Source: Pocillopora damicornis
Taxonomy: Eukaryota
Assembly (NCBI RefSeq): GCF_003704095.1
Contig: NW_020846987.1
Location: 62,001-125,497 of the forward strand
DNA length: 63,497 nt
Direction: 5' to 3'
A program made the position numbers and the translations under genes. Under the pieces are notes generated by a model, which was given only the letters and a program-made list of their open reading frames with translations, was not told the DNA's origin and searched no databases. Positions 1-29,599 of the stretch are shown one piece after another. Numbering within the stretch: the first letter of the stretch is position 1; each line of letters starts with the position of its first letter.

Positions 1-1329
1 AGTCGAACATCGCAACTATTTTATTGAAGTATTTTGGTTTAACAGACATATCAAGTCAACTTGACTTTGTCCAATAAGCAAGTAAATAATGTACGTTGCG
101 GTTTGAGAGAGAGAGTGAGCGGAAAGGCATGACTGTGTCTTTTTTGGTCTTGAAGGTTATTTGCTATCAAACAAATTATGATTTTCGTGTCTAAAGCAGA
201 GGGTGCGAAATTAGGAATTAGCCTCTTGTTCTGATTGTTTGTTGAACCTTAATAAAACAAACCTGTATCCGCACATCACTGAGAGTGGCTTTGGATAATC
301 TCAGATGTGAGATGTTAGTATCTTTTTAACTTCCTGTGAGTGAACATCCTCTAGAAAATCTCGGAGGCCTTTGAATTATATTTAAACTTGAGCAAGTTTC
401 ACATCGCTTTTCGTCACAACGTCGTCTCATTATTGGGGTGTCCTATTCAAGTTTCCGTTTGGTTGTCAAGCATATGTTGCATATCGATCCAAATGTTCAA
501 TGTTAGCTCTGGAAGCGGCCAATTGATATCAGTCATAGTTGTTGTTTACTGGTAGCTTTCCTAGGGCTTGGAGGTCCCTCCCAGCCTGGCTAATAGGTAG
601 TTCTACCTACGAAAGTTCTCCAAAGGCCATTGAAGAAAGAGTAAACGGCACGGCCAATATAAAGAAGCAATGTCAAATTTATTGCAGGGTTGGTAACCAT
701 TTTTACAACGACGCGAAGATATTTGTGGAGATGAAAACCATTTTAATCCGTATTTGGTGTAGAAAATTTGACCTATTCTCTAAACTGCGTTATTATTCCT
801 AAGACATATCATTGCTACATACAAATATCAATCTGTCAGATTATCCCATAAAATAAGAAATGTCCTCCTCGAATTCTCAAATGAAAATCATTCCTACGTC
901 TTTCTCAGTTACCATCATTCCCTTCACTTGCACTTGTGACATTCTGTACTAGAAATGCGTGAGCTAACAGCGCTCAATGAAGCTTAAAAGAATGTTCTAT
1001 TTTCAGGTAAGGGAATACCCCTGGCGGTAATAAGTTCTCAGAGTAGTTTCGAATTCCTTTGCCGCAAATTATTTAGACTTCGTCAATGTTAGATAGCATG
1101 GTTATCGCACAATATGTCATTTCAAATCGGTGTAATACTTCACAAAACATTAGTAACAGTCAAATTTGCGACTCTCCATTGCAGGCTTTTCTAGACGAAA
1201 CGAGAGTAAACCACTCTAGATGTATAGAGTCGCAGCCTTAACCGTGACTGCGAGCTGTTTATAGAACTGGATGGTCTACTTGCTGTCTTGCTCGTAAACC
1301 ATTATTTTTGTCTATAGAGCGTATTTCTG

Positions 1330-1390
1330 TGACGTCAGATTCCTATTATTACATTTGCTCTGACGTTATTGAGAAGAGGGACTTACGTCA
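1330..1390. promoter_or_regulatory. Cluster of CRE/ATF-like sites upstream of PKD
   Basis: Perfect TGACGTCA at 1330-1337, plus TGACGTTA (~1361) and TTACGTCA (~1383), ~650 bp upstream of the first coding exon. Function untested. Confidence 0.35.
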
Positions 1391-2021
1391 TCAGTGTCAA
1401 CCTAACCAAATTCGTTACGGCAAATCGCGGAAGTTCATTGAAAAAGCAAGAAATGAGAAAAGGGGCTTTTTAGGAAAAATACTTTAAAGCAAATTTCTTG
1501 AACTATCGAATTTCTTTACCCACGAAATTGCGTGCACATAAAACTTGCAGTTTGATTGTTATATTGTACTCTGTATTGAGCAGTCTTTCTTGTGTCATAA
1601 AAGATTGAAAGATCTCACATTCCATTTTTGTTGCAAATGATGAACAATTGCAGGTTGGCGAGCTTATAGTCTTTCATTTCATTTGCTATATTAGGCGTTA
1701 TTACACTGGACGTACGTTTATCAGTTCAACTATTTATTTCCGTTTCTTTGCTTGTTTGCTTTTGTGTATTATGATCATACAATTTTACCCTTCAAACAAT
1801 ACCGGAAGTTAAAATTACCGGAAATACGTTCCTCTCTTTTTTTTTTCTGCCGGGCAATATGTAGCTGTCACGTGACAATGTTGTCGCCCATATTGTTAGG
1901 GAAATATTTCTAGTAGAGACAGTAGCGAGTAATAACTCTTTGGTCAGCGAAATTTATCGCCTTTTGGGTTGTGTGTGATTGATGTTTAGAGAATATTCTT
2001 TGATGATTTGTGTGTACAGCT

Positions 2022-17366
<15,345 letters not shown>

Positions 17367-18354
17367 AAAAAGCTATGGTTACATTTTAAGATAATTATAA
17401 GATACGTGTCATTAATTAATATTTTATTTGTCAGTAAAAAAAAAGGCTTCTGACATGTTGCTATTCGTTAAAAAGACTGTCCCCACGTTTGAAACTTTTC
17501 AAGGTTTTTCGATCATTGTCCAGCGAAACACAGCGGTCAAACGTCTGCGCTTGTGCGAAAGTTGTTGGGTGGCGTGCCTTAGGGCTATCAGGACTAAGTT
17601 GTTTCACTCGAGTTAAAAGTAATTACACAAGCTAGTTCGTCACGGTATTTAAAAAGTCTGCAACTTTTTTCGGTAAAGTTCAAAACAAAATATTAAATCA
17701 ACAGGATACCCGTACATGAATAAGCTTTGTGTAAGTCTCCTTTTTACCTACTGTTGTTTCCTTTTCTAGATTTCTATGAACGTCTCAATTTTCCTTCGCT
17801 TCTTTTGCGGAACAATGTTTATTAATTTTTCGATAGAAATTTCGCGAAAAATTAGGGCGCGGACGTCCAGAATTGATCCCCTCGCGCATGCCCTACGCTT
17901 ACCCGCTGTGTTGACTTGCAATGACTAATTTTGGGAGTGCAAACGTCCGGGAGGGGTGGGTGGGATACGAATCGTCATATTTTGCCAAAATTTCACTAAA
18001 AAAATTCCAATGTTGCAATTATAATGACTAGTAAATAACAGGCAGAATTCAATGCACACGTTTGCTTATATATTGTATTTTATCAATAATGATCAACATT
18101 CCACGTCGAAAGTTATTTGTAAGTTGTTTGTCCTAAATTTTAGTACAAGGATTGTATTGTCAATGAAAGGATGGTTCATGCACAGCTGCTACAAGGATCT
18201 GAAACGTAGTTACCGTTTATAGTATTTAAGTAAGACTATTTCAATAATTTCACTTTTGTATTTTGGTGTTAAAAAGTGGCCTGTTTGCACATGTGCGATC
18301 TCGCTTCTAGTGCCTTCGTTATCCATGTCCAGCGGATTGACTGGTGAATTAAAC

Positions 18355-18627
18355 AGAGCAGTTTTCAATTGAATGTTGTAAACCAAAATCAAAGTAATCA
18401 CAGCTACCAATCACAGCAAAGGGTTAACATCATTAACCAATCAGAACTTAGCAAAGACAGGCAACCAGCTTGAGGCGCGGGAACGCGAGTGACCAAGTTG
18501 AGGTTGCTTCTAGTTTGTATTTATTGGTTGAGAAGCTGGCGCGATTTCTCTTTGACCTATCGCAGAGCGAAGGCCAAACCCAAAACAATTCTTCATTACT
18601 TTCGGCACTCAATTGAAAATTTCTCTA
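18355..18627. mobile_element. MITE-like dispersed repeat rich in CCAATCA motifs
   Basis: Imperfect terminal inverted repeats agagcagttttcaattgaatgt / actcaattgaaaatttctct; related ccaatca/gattgg-rich segments near 10770-10990, 12240-12400, 36120-36320, 40370-40550. Confidence 0.55.
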
Positions 18628-20849
18628 AAACACAGAACAGGATAAGCGAGCTCGACGACAGAATCTTGCGTCCGAGCAGCTGACCAAATGGATCGCGGTA
18701 CTCAAAACGAGATTGGCATAGCTCTGAAACTGAGTCTTTCCCGCGCACGTAGTTAACTGAGTGTAATGTTTGATCCAAAAACTCCAGACACATGATGCAG
18801 CCCTACAGACATCTGTTTGGTGGCTCTTGTTGGCTAATGCAATAATTAATCAAGTCCACCTGGAACTTAGGAGCCACATCATCAGGTTGGAATTCATGAG
18901 GTTGAACCTTGTTTCCAAACAGTAAAATATTCTGCGCCATAAGATATGCACCTTTAAGCTTATTTTCAGTAAGATAACTAAAGCTGTAAAGTTCTGATGG
19001 GCCTTTACAAAACCGCGAGGGATTAATAGACAAAGGTAACTTTAACACAAAACAGAAGGCAATGTACAGTGTAGTCCGTAAAATTAAAACGTGCGAAAGC
19101 TGAAGAAATTTTTTTAGAGGAACGTACCATTGCAAAATAAACTAGTTTTCACTCAATATTTTGTGGATGTGTTTATTTCGTGTTACAGACGATGAAAAGT
19201 TTTGGCGTGAGAAAGGTGTGGTAGGAGTAACTTTAGACCAAGAGCGCGACAGACGCGAGTCTGTAAAGACGGAGAGGTCGTCGTTCAGAATTCGTGTCTG
19301 CTTCCCCTTTCCTCTTTCCTTGATCGATTTGTTCAATCTAAGTTGTTCTTTCTTCGACGATCGTGAGTGCCTCTTTCTCACCTATGATCCCTTTTCCAGG
19401 CCCCGGTCGCTCGAAGGGTAAGTATTGCCGTCCGATGAATAAATCTGTACCCAATGGATAGCCAGCACGTCTGCTGGATAGCTATTTATTAGTTAAATAA
19501 CGTTGTCCGCCCTTAGAAAAAAGAAGATCCAGGAGATTTAGAGAATGAATCGATTGTCTCTGGCCTATTGTTACAGAAATAAATACATTGCGAGATCAAT
19601 TCACCACAATGACAGATCCATGCGTTCGACTCATCGCACGTTGATTTTTGCACTGGCGGCAAAGGGCTTGGAATCCTTCTCTTTCGACGCATCCATGCCT
19701 GTTGGGAACCTCTGTTTTTGCTCAGTTGTTGGAGATAGAAGTTACCTATACCCACAGTTTGGCATGAGAACGGTAAATCTCATGCCAAACAATTTCTAAT
19801 CTGAACTTAACGCGCGTAAGAAACGACCTATCAGTAGCTCACCGGGAAACACTTCCGCTAACAGTGGGAAATTTAGAGTCCAGTTTCAAACTTTTCTGCC
19901 TGGAAAAGTAAGTGGCCGCAAGAATGGAACAAGACAGTGAAATTTTCGAAACTGTTATGGTTTATTTCTCTTTCCTCAAAATAAAAAATGAAGAAAGAAA
20001 ATCGTTACAAAAATGTGCTTTAGCTTAATATCTTATAACAAAACAAAAAAAAATACCAAAACACTGATGACAAAAAATTACGATTATTTAAATACTTAAA
20101 TCGCCCCTGTGCACTACATACTTACTAGCTAAGTTGAGACTATTCGAGGTGTCAAAAAACTTATTTGCCGTTACGAAATGCATTTGTTGTCTCGAAATTC
20201 GAAAAAAAACGTGACTGCATTGTTGGTAAAGATACTATTGCTAATAGGCTATAAAACTTCAAGAAACTTCAAAACTTTTCGATGCCGAGGGTTCTTTTAC
20301 AACTTTGGCTTATTAAATTTCTAATGGGATAGATAATCACGTCACGGTTGGGTGGAGTGCAGGTGTCACTTGTTTATCACTCATGGAGAACCTACTGATT
20401 GCAAATCGAGTACATTCATAGCCTGCGAGGAGGCGTTCTCGTCCCGCGGGAAGGTTTAAGACGAGTCGGGGAGAAGTTACCTATTGCTATCTCGCGTTCC
20501 TTAAAGCCTCCTAATTTCCCAAGGGCGAAGAAAGGTTTGTGCCGAAGCGGTAATAGTGAGCACAGGCTAGTACATTCGTGTATTTTAAGTTATTGATTAG
20601 TTAAATCTCTTTATTTTTATTTCCCTTTTCTTAATACGCGGAAGAATTTTGGTGGGAAAGTCTCCTATAGGGCGGAAAGCAAAGAAGTGTCTTTTTGCTC
20701 CGACATAATTACGAAAAAAAAAGATTACTTTAGCAGGTAATAGTTTTGAGGATAGTAGCACTTGCTCTCCTCGGTGACGCGAAAAAAAGAAGCATACTTC
20801 ACGATTTTACGAGCGTAATACGTAAAACCTTATAAATGTCCCCGGTGTC

Positions 20850-23800
20850 TTATTCATTTTGTATAACATAGATGTTAGGTTGTTTATCTTCGCGCAATCT
20901 CTGCCTTGACGGCGAGCGCGGAATACACAAGGAACACTTCTCATCTCGTGAACGCTTTTGCAAGATCAGAATCAGCAGGGGCCCGGCAATTAGAAGAGAC
21001 ACGAACACTGTGAACACGATAAAACCAATTCTCGCTGATAGGAAAAAAAAAAAAGTAAAGAATAAAAATATTAGGAATTTTGTGAACCAAGAAGACAAAA
21101 CTTTCTGAGTTCTACTATGGAGGGCCACAGAGCCCTAATGGTCTGCGAGCAGGACTCCAGGAAGAGAGATTTGGGTTCGAGCCTTGATCAGGCCATTGTG
21201 TTGTGTTATTGGCCACAATATTTAATTCTCCCTGTTCTCGTACTTAGCCTTAAGAGACAAAACAAGAGAGACCAAATAGAAAAACAAGAAACTAATAAAA
21301 TCAAATTACTTCCTACCTGAAGAACATGAAGATTGACCTGGTTTTGAGGTGAAAAAATCGTTCTTACACTTGGTGCACGATGACGACCTGAAACAAGTCA
21401 ATATATCTATTCATTCTTGACCCTTTAACTCCCAAGATCTGATTGTTAATTCTCCCATCTAACTGCTATACATTTTCTTGTTAATAAGTCACGAGAATTT
21501 GGTGTTAAATCAGCTACTTGATAAATTTGAGTATTCTTATAACATGTTGGTTGGACAATGTGTGTATGTTATAGCAAGAAGTTTAATCACTTATAGGAGT
21601 TAAAGGGTTAAAGTATCATGAGGTAACTTTCATATTTCAACGCATGCACATAAGACACCTCTATAAAGATCTCTAGAAATAACGCATATTTATTCCATAA
21701 TCTTCATACAAATAACGCGGAATTTTACAAGAGGGAATGTGCACTTGACCTAAATCTAAAAGTAAGGGGTTTCGGGAATAGGAAACGGTCTACTAAACTG
21801 TCAGTTGCAGGAATGTCACGCAGAAATGTTTTCATTGCTTCCTTACACAAATCTTAATCCTTAAAACTCAATAATGGCGCATGCTACACAGCGTACTGAG
21901 GTTGAGTTCTCTGAGTTTATAACCAAGGAAGAAACATCTTTACAAGTGCCTGTTTTTAGAAAACTGGAATCTTATCAACCACAACAAGAAAGAAATAATA
22001 ACAAAAATCAAAATAATAATAATAATAATAATAATAATACAAACCCTGTCTTTGATGCAAAGGTACCCTTTGCACAACGTGTGCACTGCATACTTCTTGT
22101 CTTTGAACTGTATGTTCCAGCTGGACAGCTGCAAGATCACAAGCAATTAAGTTTAATACTTCAATGTGTTTGGTGAAATTTTCTCTGATGAGTATTAATA
22201 AGGGAAACAGACACCAAAGGGTCTGTTAACAATCCATATAGAGCACTCACATTTTAATGAGCCCATCTCTGTAATAAGCTCCCCTCTCTATTCATTGGCC
22301 CTCATAAATAAGACTCCTCTCTTAAAAGTCCTCATCTTAAATCAGCCCCCCCCCATCTTGAGCTTTCCTGTCAAAGATCCCCTCCCTAAGAAGCCCTTGT
22401 CTCCACAAGCCCTCCCCTCTTCCATTATAACAAGGCTCCCTCAATGATAAGCCCACTGTCGAAAAAACACCACCCTTCTGTTAGAAAATCCTCCTCTTGA
22501 GTATGCCCCCTCTCTGATTTGCCCCCTCTCATACATGCCCCCTTTATAACAGCCCACTGTCCAACAAGCCCCTCTCTCTTCTCTGATAAACCACCTGTCT
22601 AAGAAATCTCCCCTAATGTCCTGCATGGTAGTTCCAGGCTCTATTAACAAATTTGGACTGGTCAGGCTACATCCATATGCACCTTAATACTTGCATTTAA
22701 TCAAAATCATTTATTGTGAAATGAATGCTTAGAGTTTTCTTCCATTATCTATTTTCATTTATCTCACAAGAAACCTCCCTTCAGCTTCTACCTATTATAC
22801 AGTTTACCTTATTATTACAGTTTACCTTGTGCATTGTAGCATGCTTTTGTTTGACACAGTTCCTAAGCTGTAAGTTCCTACTGGACAAGGACTGCAAAGA
22901 ATGTTACTTGACAGAAACTCCCCTGGTCCACAGAGGACTGAAACACAAGAAAAAAATATCTTTAGTCATATTCCAACAAGCTTTGTCACATGTGTTTAAA
23001 CCCTACAGATAAATCACTATCCAGTGGATAACTGTTTACAAAATGTACTGCACTATTCACCAGATAGCAATTTATCCAGAGGATAGTGTTATCCAACATT
23101 TAAACAACTGGGACCAGGCTGATGAGAACACATAAACTTTCAAGCTAGAGGGTGTAATCTTGAGATTTCACTGAATTTCCCTAACCAGTTCAAATGGAAA
23201 TGTGAATAACAGCAAGAAGGAAGATCTTTGAACTGGGAGCCAAGAGTAAACGCAAGCCTTGTTTATAAAAATGATACAAGATAAACCTTCCATTACAGAA
23301 AGAAGTTATCCAGCTGACCTTAATCAGAAAGTGAAGGTTCCCTGAACTCAAGAATAGCCCATACTATACATACATGTATTCAATATAGCAACCACTGGCA
23401 TATTGGTTTTAAGTACACAACTCACAGATTTGACTTACCAGTATATATTAAGTAATTTCAACCTAAAACTTAAAAATACCTCAGAATTTGAAACTTCAAC
23501 CAGACATATTACCTGGGCAGTCTGCGTCCACAGTGCAGTCATCACAGGACACTTGATGAACGTTTTTCAACAGCACAGGTGACAAAAACAAACTCTTATT
23601 GACCATGTTACAGCTGAAATCACATTCCTCATTACCAACAAAAAAGCAAAGTTATTAGTCATACTATAAAACAAATTGAAATGTGTCGACTTCTTTTGAT
23701 TCATCATCCCTTTAACCCCCCCTGAATCAAACATTAAGGTTGTGAGAATAAAGGAAATGATCACAAACTCAAGATGCTCCTGATTTTTGGGCAAATTCTC

Positions 23801-24934
23801 ATTGTAGGTAGCATAGGAAATGTGTAGAAAAACAGTATGGAGAACCATCTTAGGTTGTGAAGGGTTAACTGCTCCAAATTCAGAGCTAAAATAACTTGAA
23901 AAGCTTGCTGTGACTTCTATACTCACCTCTAAACTGGCCAAGGAATGATTATCATCTAAAAACAGCAAATGTCCAACATTTCTGATAAATTTTGTTCCAG
24001 AGAGTTTAAGATGTGAAACATGTCCCGTAATAATGGAACCACCTGCCAGTACTTTGTTTCCTTCCAAATATGAGTCAACAATAGATGTTTGATAAATGTT
24101 TTCTACAGTGAGGACGGGCCCAACATTCTTCACAAAGTTGCAATTTAAAATCTGCACGAAGTTGTGAAATCCTGAAAGAGTTGCCATCGATAGTAATGGT
24201 AACTTTGGATGGTAACCTGAACTGCTTGAAATGTTGCTGTACTTAAGAATAATGTTGGATGAGCTACCAGTGATGCTTATATTTGTTCCTTTTACAGTGC
24301 ACTGGCAGATCGCCACATCTGACATAGAGGCTTGGTGAATCACTGGCCTGCTATTTAGCCAGTGAAGATCGATCAAGCTCACTTCACAGAGCAGCACGTC
24401 TAATGAATAGTCAACTTCGACCAATTGTTCATTAACCCTATTTTAAAAGAAGTTACAAAAAAACTTTTAGAGGAAACCAAAGGTGAAAAATAGATTGCAG
24501 CATTTTTTATAAGCAAAGTTGGAGAAAATCAAAATACAAAGCGGTTGATAAGTTGTCACGTGAAAAAGCCATTGAACACACACACAAAACTATATTACTC
24601 TGTTCACTAACCGCTCTCCCCAAAAAGTAACTTTCCGTAAGCTCCATCTTCCACAGTCCAGTTTAATACTTTCCAACTCTTCATATTTTCCCGTGGAAAT
24701 ATTAACAGTTAGCGAGCTAACGTTCTTTCTAACCGCTAGATTAACGGCGTAGGATATGCTGTAACAGGGCTTCGATGAAGCCCCACAATTAGGAGAGTTT
24801 ACTCCAGAAGTGTTGACGAAAAAGGTCGTTCCGGCATACAAAGGACAGTCTTGGTTTAAGACCTCCTGCTGGAGTGCAAATGCCGGAAATACTAAGCAGA
24901 GAAATAATTTTACCACGCCTAACATGGCCTTCAT
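20850..24934 (-). CDS. Uncharacterised type I membrane protein (~426 aa): signal peptide, parallel beta-helix/pectin-lyase-like region, GCC2/GCC3 (TNFR/ephrin-receptor-like) Cys-rich repeats, TM helix, short tail
   Basis: Exons 24934-24612, 24350-23927, 23594-23513 (AAG acceptor, least certain), 22937-22826, 22128-22045, 21387-21317, 21034-20850 join in frame (1281 nt). N-term MKAMLGVVKLFLCLVFPAFA; FVNTSGVNSPNCGASSKPCYSISYA; NCNFVKN/DSYLEGN/GTKFIRN strands; CSPCPVGTYS, CPAGTYS..CTRCAKGTFA..CTKCKNDFFTSKPGQSSC; TM IGFIVFTVFVSLLIAGPLLILIL followed by QKRSR. Confidence 0.78.
21417..21611 (-). mobile_element. TTAA-type MITE copy
   Basis: ttgaccctttaactcccaagatc ... ggagttaaagggttaa inverted termini. 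Confidence 0.75.
22255..22620 (+). repeat. Degenerate C-rich minisatellite (~17-20 bp units, ataagccccctctct-like) in an intron
   Basis: Recurrent a(a)gcccc(c)tct(c)t-like motifs across ~360 bp. Confidence 0.65.
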
Positions 24935-27900
24935 TATCAAGAGGAGAATCTAATGGATTTTAACCTTGGAATATTACTTAGCACGTGAAGAAGCGTCCGC
25001 CATTGCTGCTTCTAAAGGATGCTGGGAAAGTACATGAAAAGAAAAATTAAGGAGTGGACTTTAGGGACCAACGGACTACACTCTGTCCCATTCGTTAAAC
25101 AATAACTGACTTGCCTCCAAGAAACATGATTGTTGCAGATCTACCAGCGGGCATAAAGTTCACTAAAGCATAGCTCACTGGCCATTCCGATTATTATTTT
25201 AAAAGGCACTTCTGTAGTTCTATGGGCCTCTCAACTTCAGTAGGTACTGGGGCCGGTCGAGAAAATAATTGATTCGAAGACTGTGCGTCACGAGAGAGAG
25301 CCAAATATTTTTCCCTACCTCTTGAACCAACCCGGTCAATAAAGATATTTTCATATGGCCACTCTTTCTCTTTCGACCCAGCACATTGCATTTTTTTCGA
25401 GCGAGACCGCACACAGGGCTATACGGCTTTTTGCGCCATCGCTTACTGTCTCTGTGAGACCGTAGAGGTTATTTCAAATGCATAGAATCTTTCAAAACGC
25501 ATCATTCTGAAAAGGCCTCATTCTTTGTGTTAACAGGTTAAAAACAGAGGCTTTTGAAAACGGTAGTCTATAAAGCGTCACATACGGTCGATTTTAGGAG
25601 CAGTTTCGGGCGTTGTAGCGTGAATGATTGGGAAAAAAGCATCAATAGTTCAAATTAAAAGTTAATTGTGAGGAAAGTTTAAAACTATACAAAAAATATT
25701 GCTTTGTTTAAGGTTACACGACACGGAATATTTCTGAAAACCAATCGCATTAAATTATCCTCAAATAAAATAAATTCGTCATGAAATATTTAACAATTAT
25801 TTCATGACCGCGCGTTGGATATGAGATGATAAATAGCCAACAAGGGACATAGAGCCAAGTTAACTTTCAACAATCTCGTGTCCAACAAGTGCGAATGGAA
25901 TAATTGTTTCATTAAATTTCGTTAAATCCTTAATATTTTGATAATTAGAGCCTTTTTTTTCTCTTCTCAACAATTAGCGCAATGTATTTCCGTATAAGGT
26001 GACCCGGATTATGAGCTAATAACCGGAATTGAGAGAACAAGTCAGAACACCAGAAATGTAATATCCGGAGTTGAAAATTTAATAATGACCATTAGCTTTT
26101 ATATTTGAATGCTAGATCACAAACTCTTTTTCGCGATCAAGAGTGCGTAAACCATTTTTCCTCATCCGTCCTTGGTATACATGTTGGTTTACGCAATTCT
26201 GTTCCCTGTTTGAGATTCATTCCATGTGATTATTGCGTTGGCATATCTCTCTCGGCGATTCATGCACAAATATTTAAAGTAGATCGAATGATCAAACGAT
26301 TCCTAGAATTTTAAAATAAATGATAAATGTTTGCTAGCACATTAGCGTGAGGGAATTTTTGTCTTAAAAAATATCAACAGTTGTTTCAAGGCAGCCGGCT
26401 GTAAACACAAAGACAGTGCTTGCTTTTAGTGTCAACATGATCGAAAATTGCGTTTAGGTTGTAATGACTCAATATTTGTAAATGCAAACACAACTGTTTA
26501 GAGAACTTATTTCTACTCCAGTCCCATTTATGTAAAGTCAGGTAGAAAAAACACAGTATACATGATTTATAGCGCTTCTTGGAGAAGGCTTTCCAGCTGA
26601 AATATTATGGATATATATTGAAAAATGCTAACGAATGCAAAATAGATGAGTTTAAAATTTAAATAAAATAATTTATCATTTCAATAATCGCACACCCGAT
26701 CTTAAAAAAGTCAAAGATCATCTAAATTTAGAAGCAAAGAAGGCAATTTCAGCCAATTTGACAACAATCTACTCTCTTCGGAACCCGTACAAATTAGGGT
26801 GGACTTTTAATGATACCCAAGTGCTCTTTGTGCGTGCAGTCCACATTTTAGTGAGAAACCACTTCGTTACTCAGGATTCAATCAGTTCGGTTTTACTCCT
26901 TCAAATGCTATAACACAAAAAGAGGAAAGAGGATACAGCCTAATTTCTCGTCCGTCTGGTCATCAAATAAAGAGAGATTTTAACAATTATTTGTCATGAT
27001 CGTGAGACAAGGAGTAAAACAGAGAAATTTTTTTTCGTCTTTAAACTCATTCCTATGAGGAATCGAACCTCTGACATATCTTCGATTATCGGGCTCCGAT
27101 GCTCTTCCATTAAGCTACAGAGACTCTATGCGTGTAAGTTACCAGGCGAATCCGAACTTCAAATGTCAGGATCTCGCACTCTGATGAACTACTACCAAGC
27201 TAGCTGCGGAGTACACGACAATTTGCTTGGCCTTTTTTACGTGACGCGGTCGAAAGCGTCGGATATAGAGAAAAAATTTGGAAGAAATATGGTAAATTTT
27301 GCGCTCGCGCGTCGAATTAAGAGATGTTTTAAACGTCTATCATATTACGCTTAAGACAATATGTCAACATCTTTTTATTTTAGGAACTAAGGATTTAATG
27401 CATAAATTCTTCAGTTGTATTTACTATTTGTTCAGTTTTGATTACCAAAAAAAAAAAGCCATTCTTCTAAGTGGAGGGGTCAACGCATCACTCACCCATA
27501 ACACTTTTTCCGTTTTATGTGAGTGTTTTCATTCCTTAGGCAATATTCGGTTAGAACAGCTTATAAAAAATACACAGAGAATATGCGGAAAATCTAAATT
27601 TGACTTGAATTGGCAACTGTTTGACGTACCTTGTTCTATAGGCCGAATGTCAATCTAAACCGTCCTAACCAATAAGATCACAGAGTATGGCAAAAATTCG
27701 CCATCAGTCACAAGCTTTAAGCCAATCAAATCACAGATCCAACATTACATAACTTGACAAGTCCTGTTTTTTCATTATTATTATTATTTTGCACTTGCAG
27801 GGTTCTGCATTTGCTGAGACGAATCTGTTTAACCTCAGAGTCAAGAATAACATTTCTTCGTAACTAGGTAGGTGACACATCTCTATTGCAAGAAAGCGTA

Positions 27901-28754
27901 TGGGTACAAGGATCTATCATAGTCAGGCTAAAGAATGTATCTGATTTTTTACTCAGACGCGATTTCTTTCTGGCACGTAGTATAATTAACTTTTTTTAAA
28001 TCGATGTAGCCCCCGAACACGGAAAAAATTAATTCAGTATTGACGAAACTTTGCACAGCTCTAAGTTTATTTCTTAGCGCTCTCCTGTAGTCACTATTCA
28101 AAAATACAAGTCGAAAGCAATGTTTAAGGATCGATTATGTCATAATTCTGAGTGGGTAGAATAATTCTTAAGACCTACTTATCAATTTTATTGGATGCTT
28201 AATGTTGCGAATGGGGTCTACAATTTTTTAATCAACAGTTTGTTCATGTTTCCTTTCAAGCGAGACATTCATGGTTGGCAGATTTTTAAGATAAATAGCC
28301 GAGTCGAGAAGTGTTTTGCGCATCTTTTCCAATGGTTTCTGCTTTATAAATAACAGACGAGGAATAACAATTTGTTATTTGGCACAAGCACTATGGTTGT
28401 AGACTTCAACAAGGACGAAATACATTTATAGCAATGGAGTGAACCCTTGAGTTCATACATAATCTATTCAGGAAGATGCCAATTAAGATATCTAATGACC
28501 CCAACTGCGTGTTTAAGAACGTTCTCACGATCTCGCCTCTAGCTGTCTCACTTCTCAAGTCCCAGATACCTTTTTTAAAGGCCTTGTCTCCTTAAAAGAA
28601 ACTGTTCTCGGAGATTTTGACCTAAGAATCACCCCATGCACTGCAGTCCTTTGACTCATTTATTAGATTGTTGAACTTTTGCTTATTCATCGCGTAGGGC
28701 TGAAAGCAAATAGAAGCCAGTTGTATTGTAGTCTGCACTTCTGCCGACGGAGAG

Positions 28755-28778
28755 ATGATCCATAAACTTCATTTGCTG
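28755..28778 (+). CDS. Start of another copy of the Gly-rich secreted protein (exon 1, cut by a gap)
   Basis: ATGATCCATAAACTTCATTTGCTG (MIHKLHLL), identical to 31176-31199 with near-identical upstream sequence; then N gap. Confidence 0.7.
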
Positions 28779-29599
28779 NNNNNNNNNNNNNNNNNNNNNN
28801 NNNNNNNNNNNNNNNNNNNNNNNNNNNNNNNNNNNNNNNNNNNNNNNNNNNNNNNNNNNNNNNNNNNNNNNNNNNNNNCGAGCCGAGAAATGTTTTGCGT
28901 ATTTTTTCCAATGGAAGACCCACTTATGAATATTATTGTATGTTTAATGTTGTGAATGAGGTCTACAATTTTTTTATCAACAGTTTTTTAATGTTTCCTT
29001 TCAAGCGAGACACTCATCATTCGCACACTTTTACGATTAGTAGCCGAGCCGAGAAGTGTTTTGCGTATTTTTTCCAATGGTTTCTGATTTATAAGTAACA
29101 GATGGAGGGTTAACAATTTGCTATTTGACACAAGTATTTTGGTTTGTACTCATCAACAAAGACAAAGTAGATTTATAACAATAGAGTGAACCCTTGAGTT
29201 CATACATAATCTGTTCAGGTAACTGTCAATTAAAATACCTAATAACCCCTACTGCGTGTTAAAGAACGTTCTCACGACATCACCTCTGGCTGTTACGCTT
29301 CTCAAGTCCCAGATACCTTTTTAAAGGCCCTGTCTCTTTAAAAGAAACTGTTTTCGGATGTTTTGACCTGAGAATCACCCAATGCACTGCATTCCTTTTA
29401 AATACAATCCAACCAATTGTTCATCAAGCCTATATAAAAGAAGGTTACAAAAACCTTTCAGAGGAAACCAAACGTGAAAAATAAGTCACAGCATTTTTTT
29501 AAGTTAAGTTGGAGAAAATCAAAATACAAAGCAGTTGATAAGTTGACACGTGAAAAATCCATAGGATAAACAAAAAAAACTATATCACTCTGTTCACTA

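Noticed and set aside
21874-22176. Poly-Asn ORF on the + strand
   Set aside because: Arises from an intronic (AAT)n repeat and is antisense to a real exon.
22186-23130. Other CTGATGA motifs (22186, 23119; also 46158 and reverse strand near 12580) as hammerheads
   Set aside because: No properly placed stem II, GAAA box and NUH triplet seen.
23567-24424. 285-aa ORF as a stand-alone gene
   Set aside because: Only ~24350-23927 is an exon; the rest reads through intron and a MITE (23712-23868).
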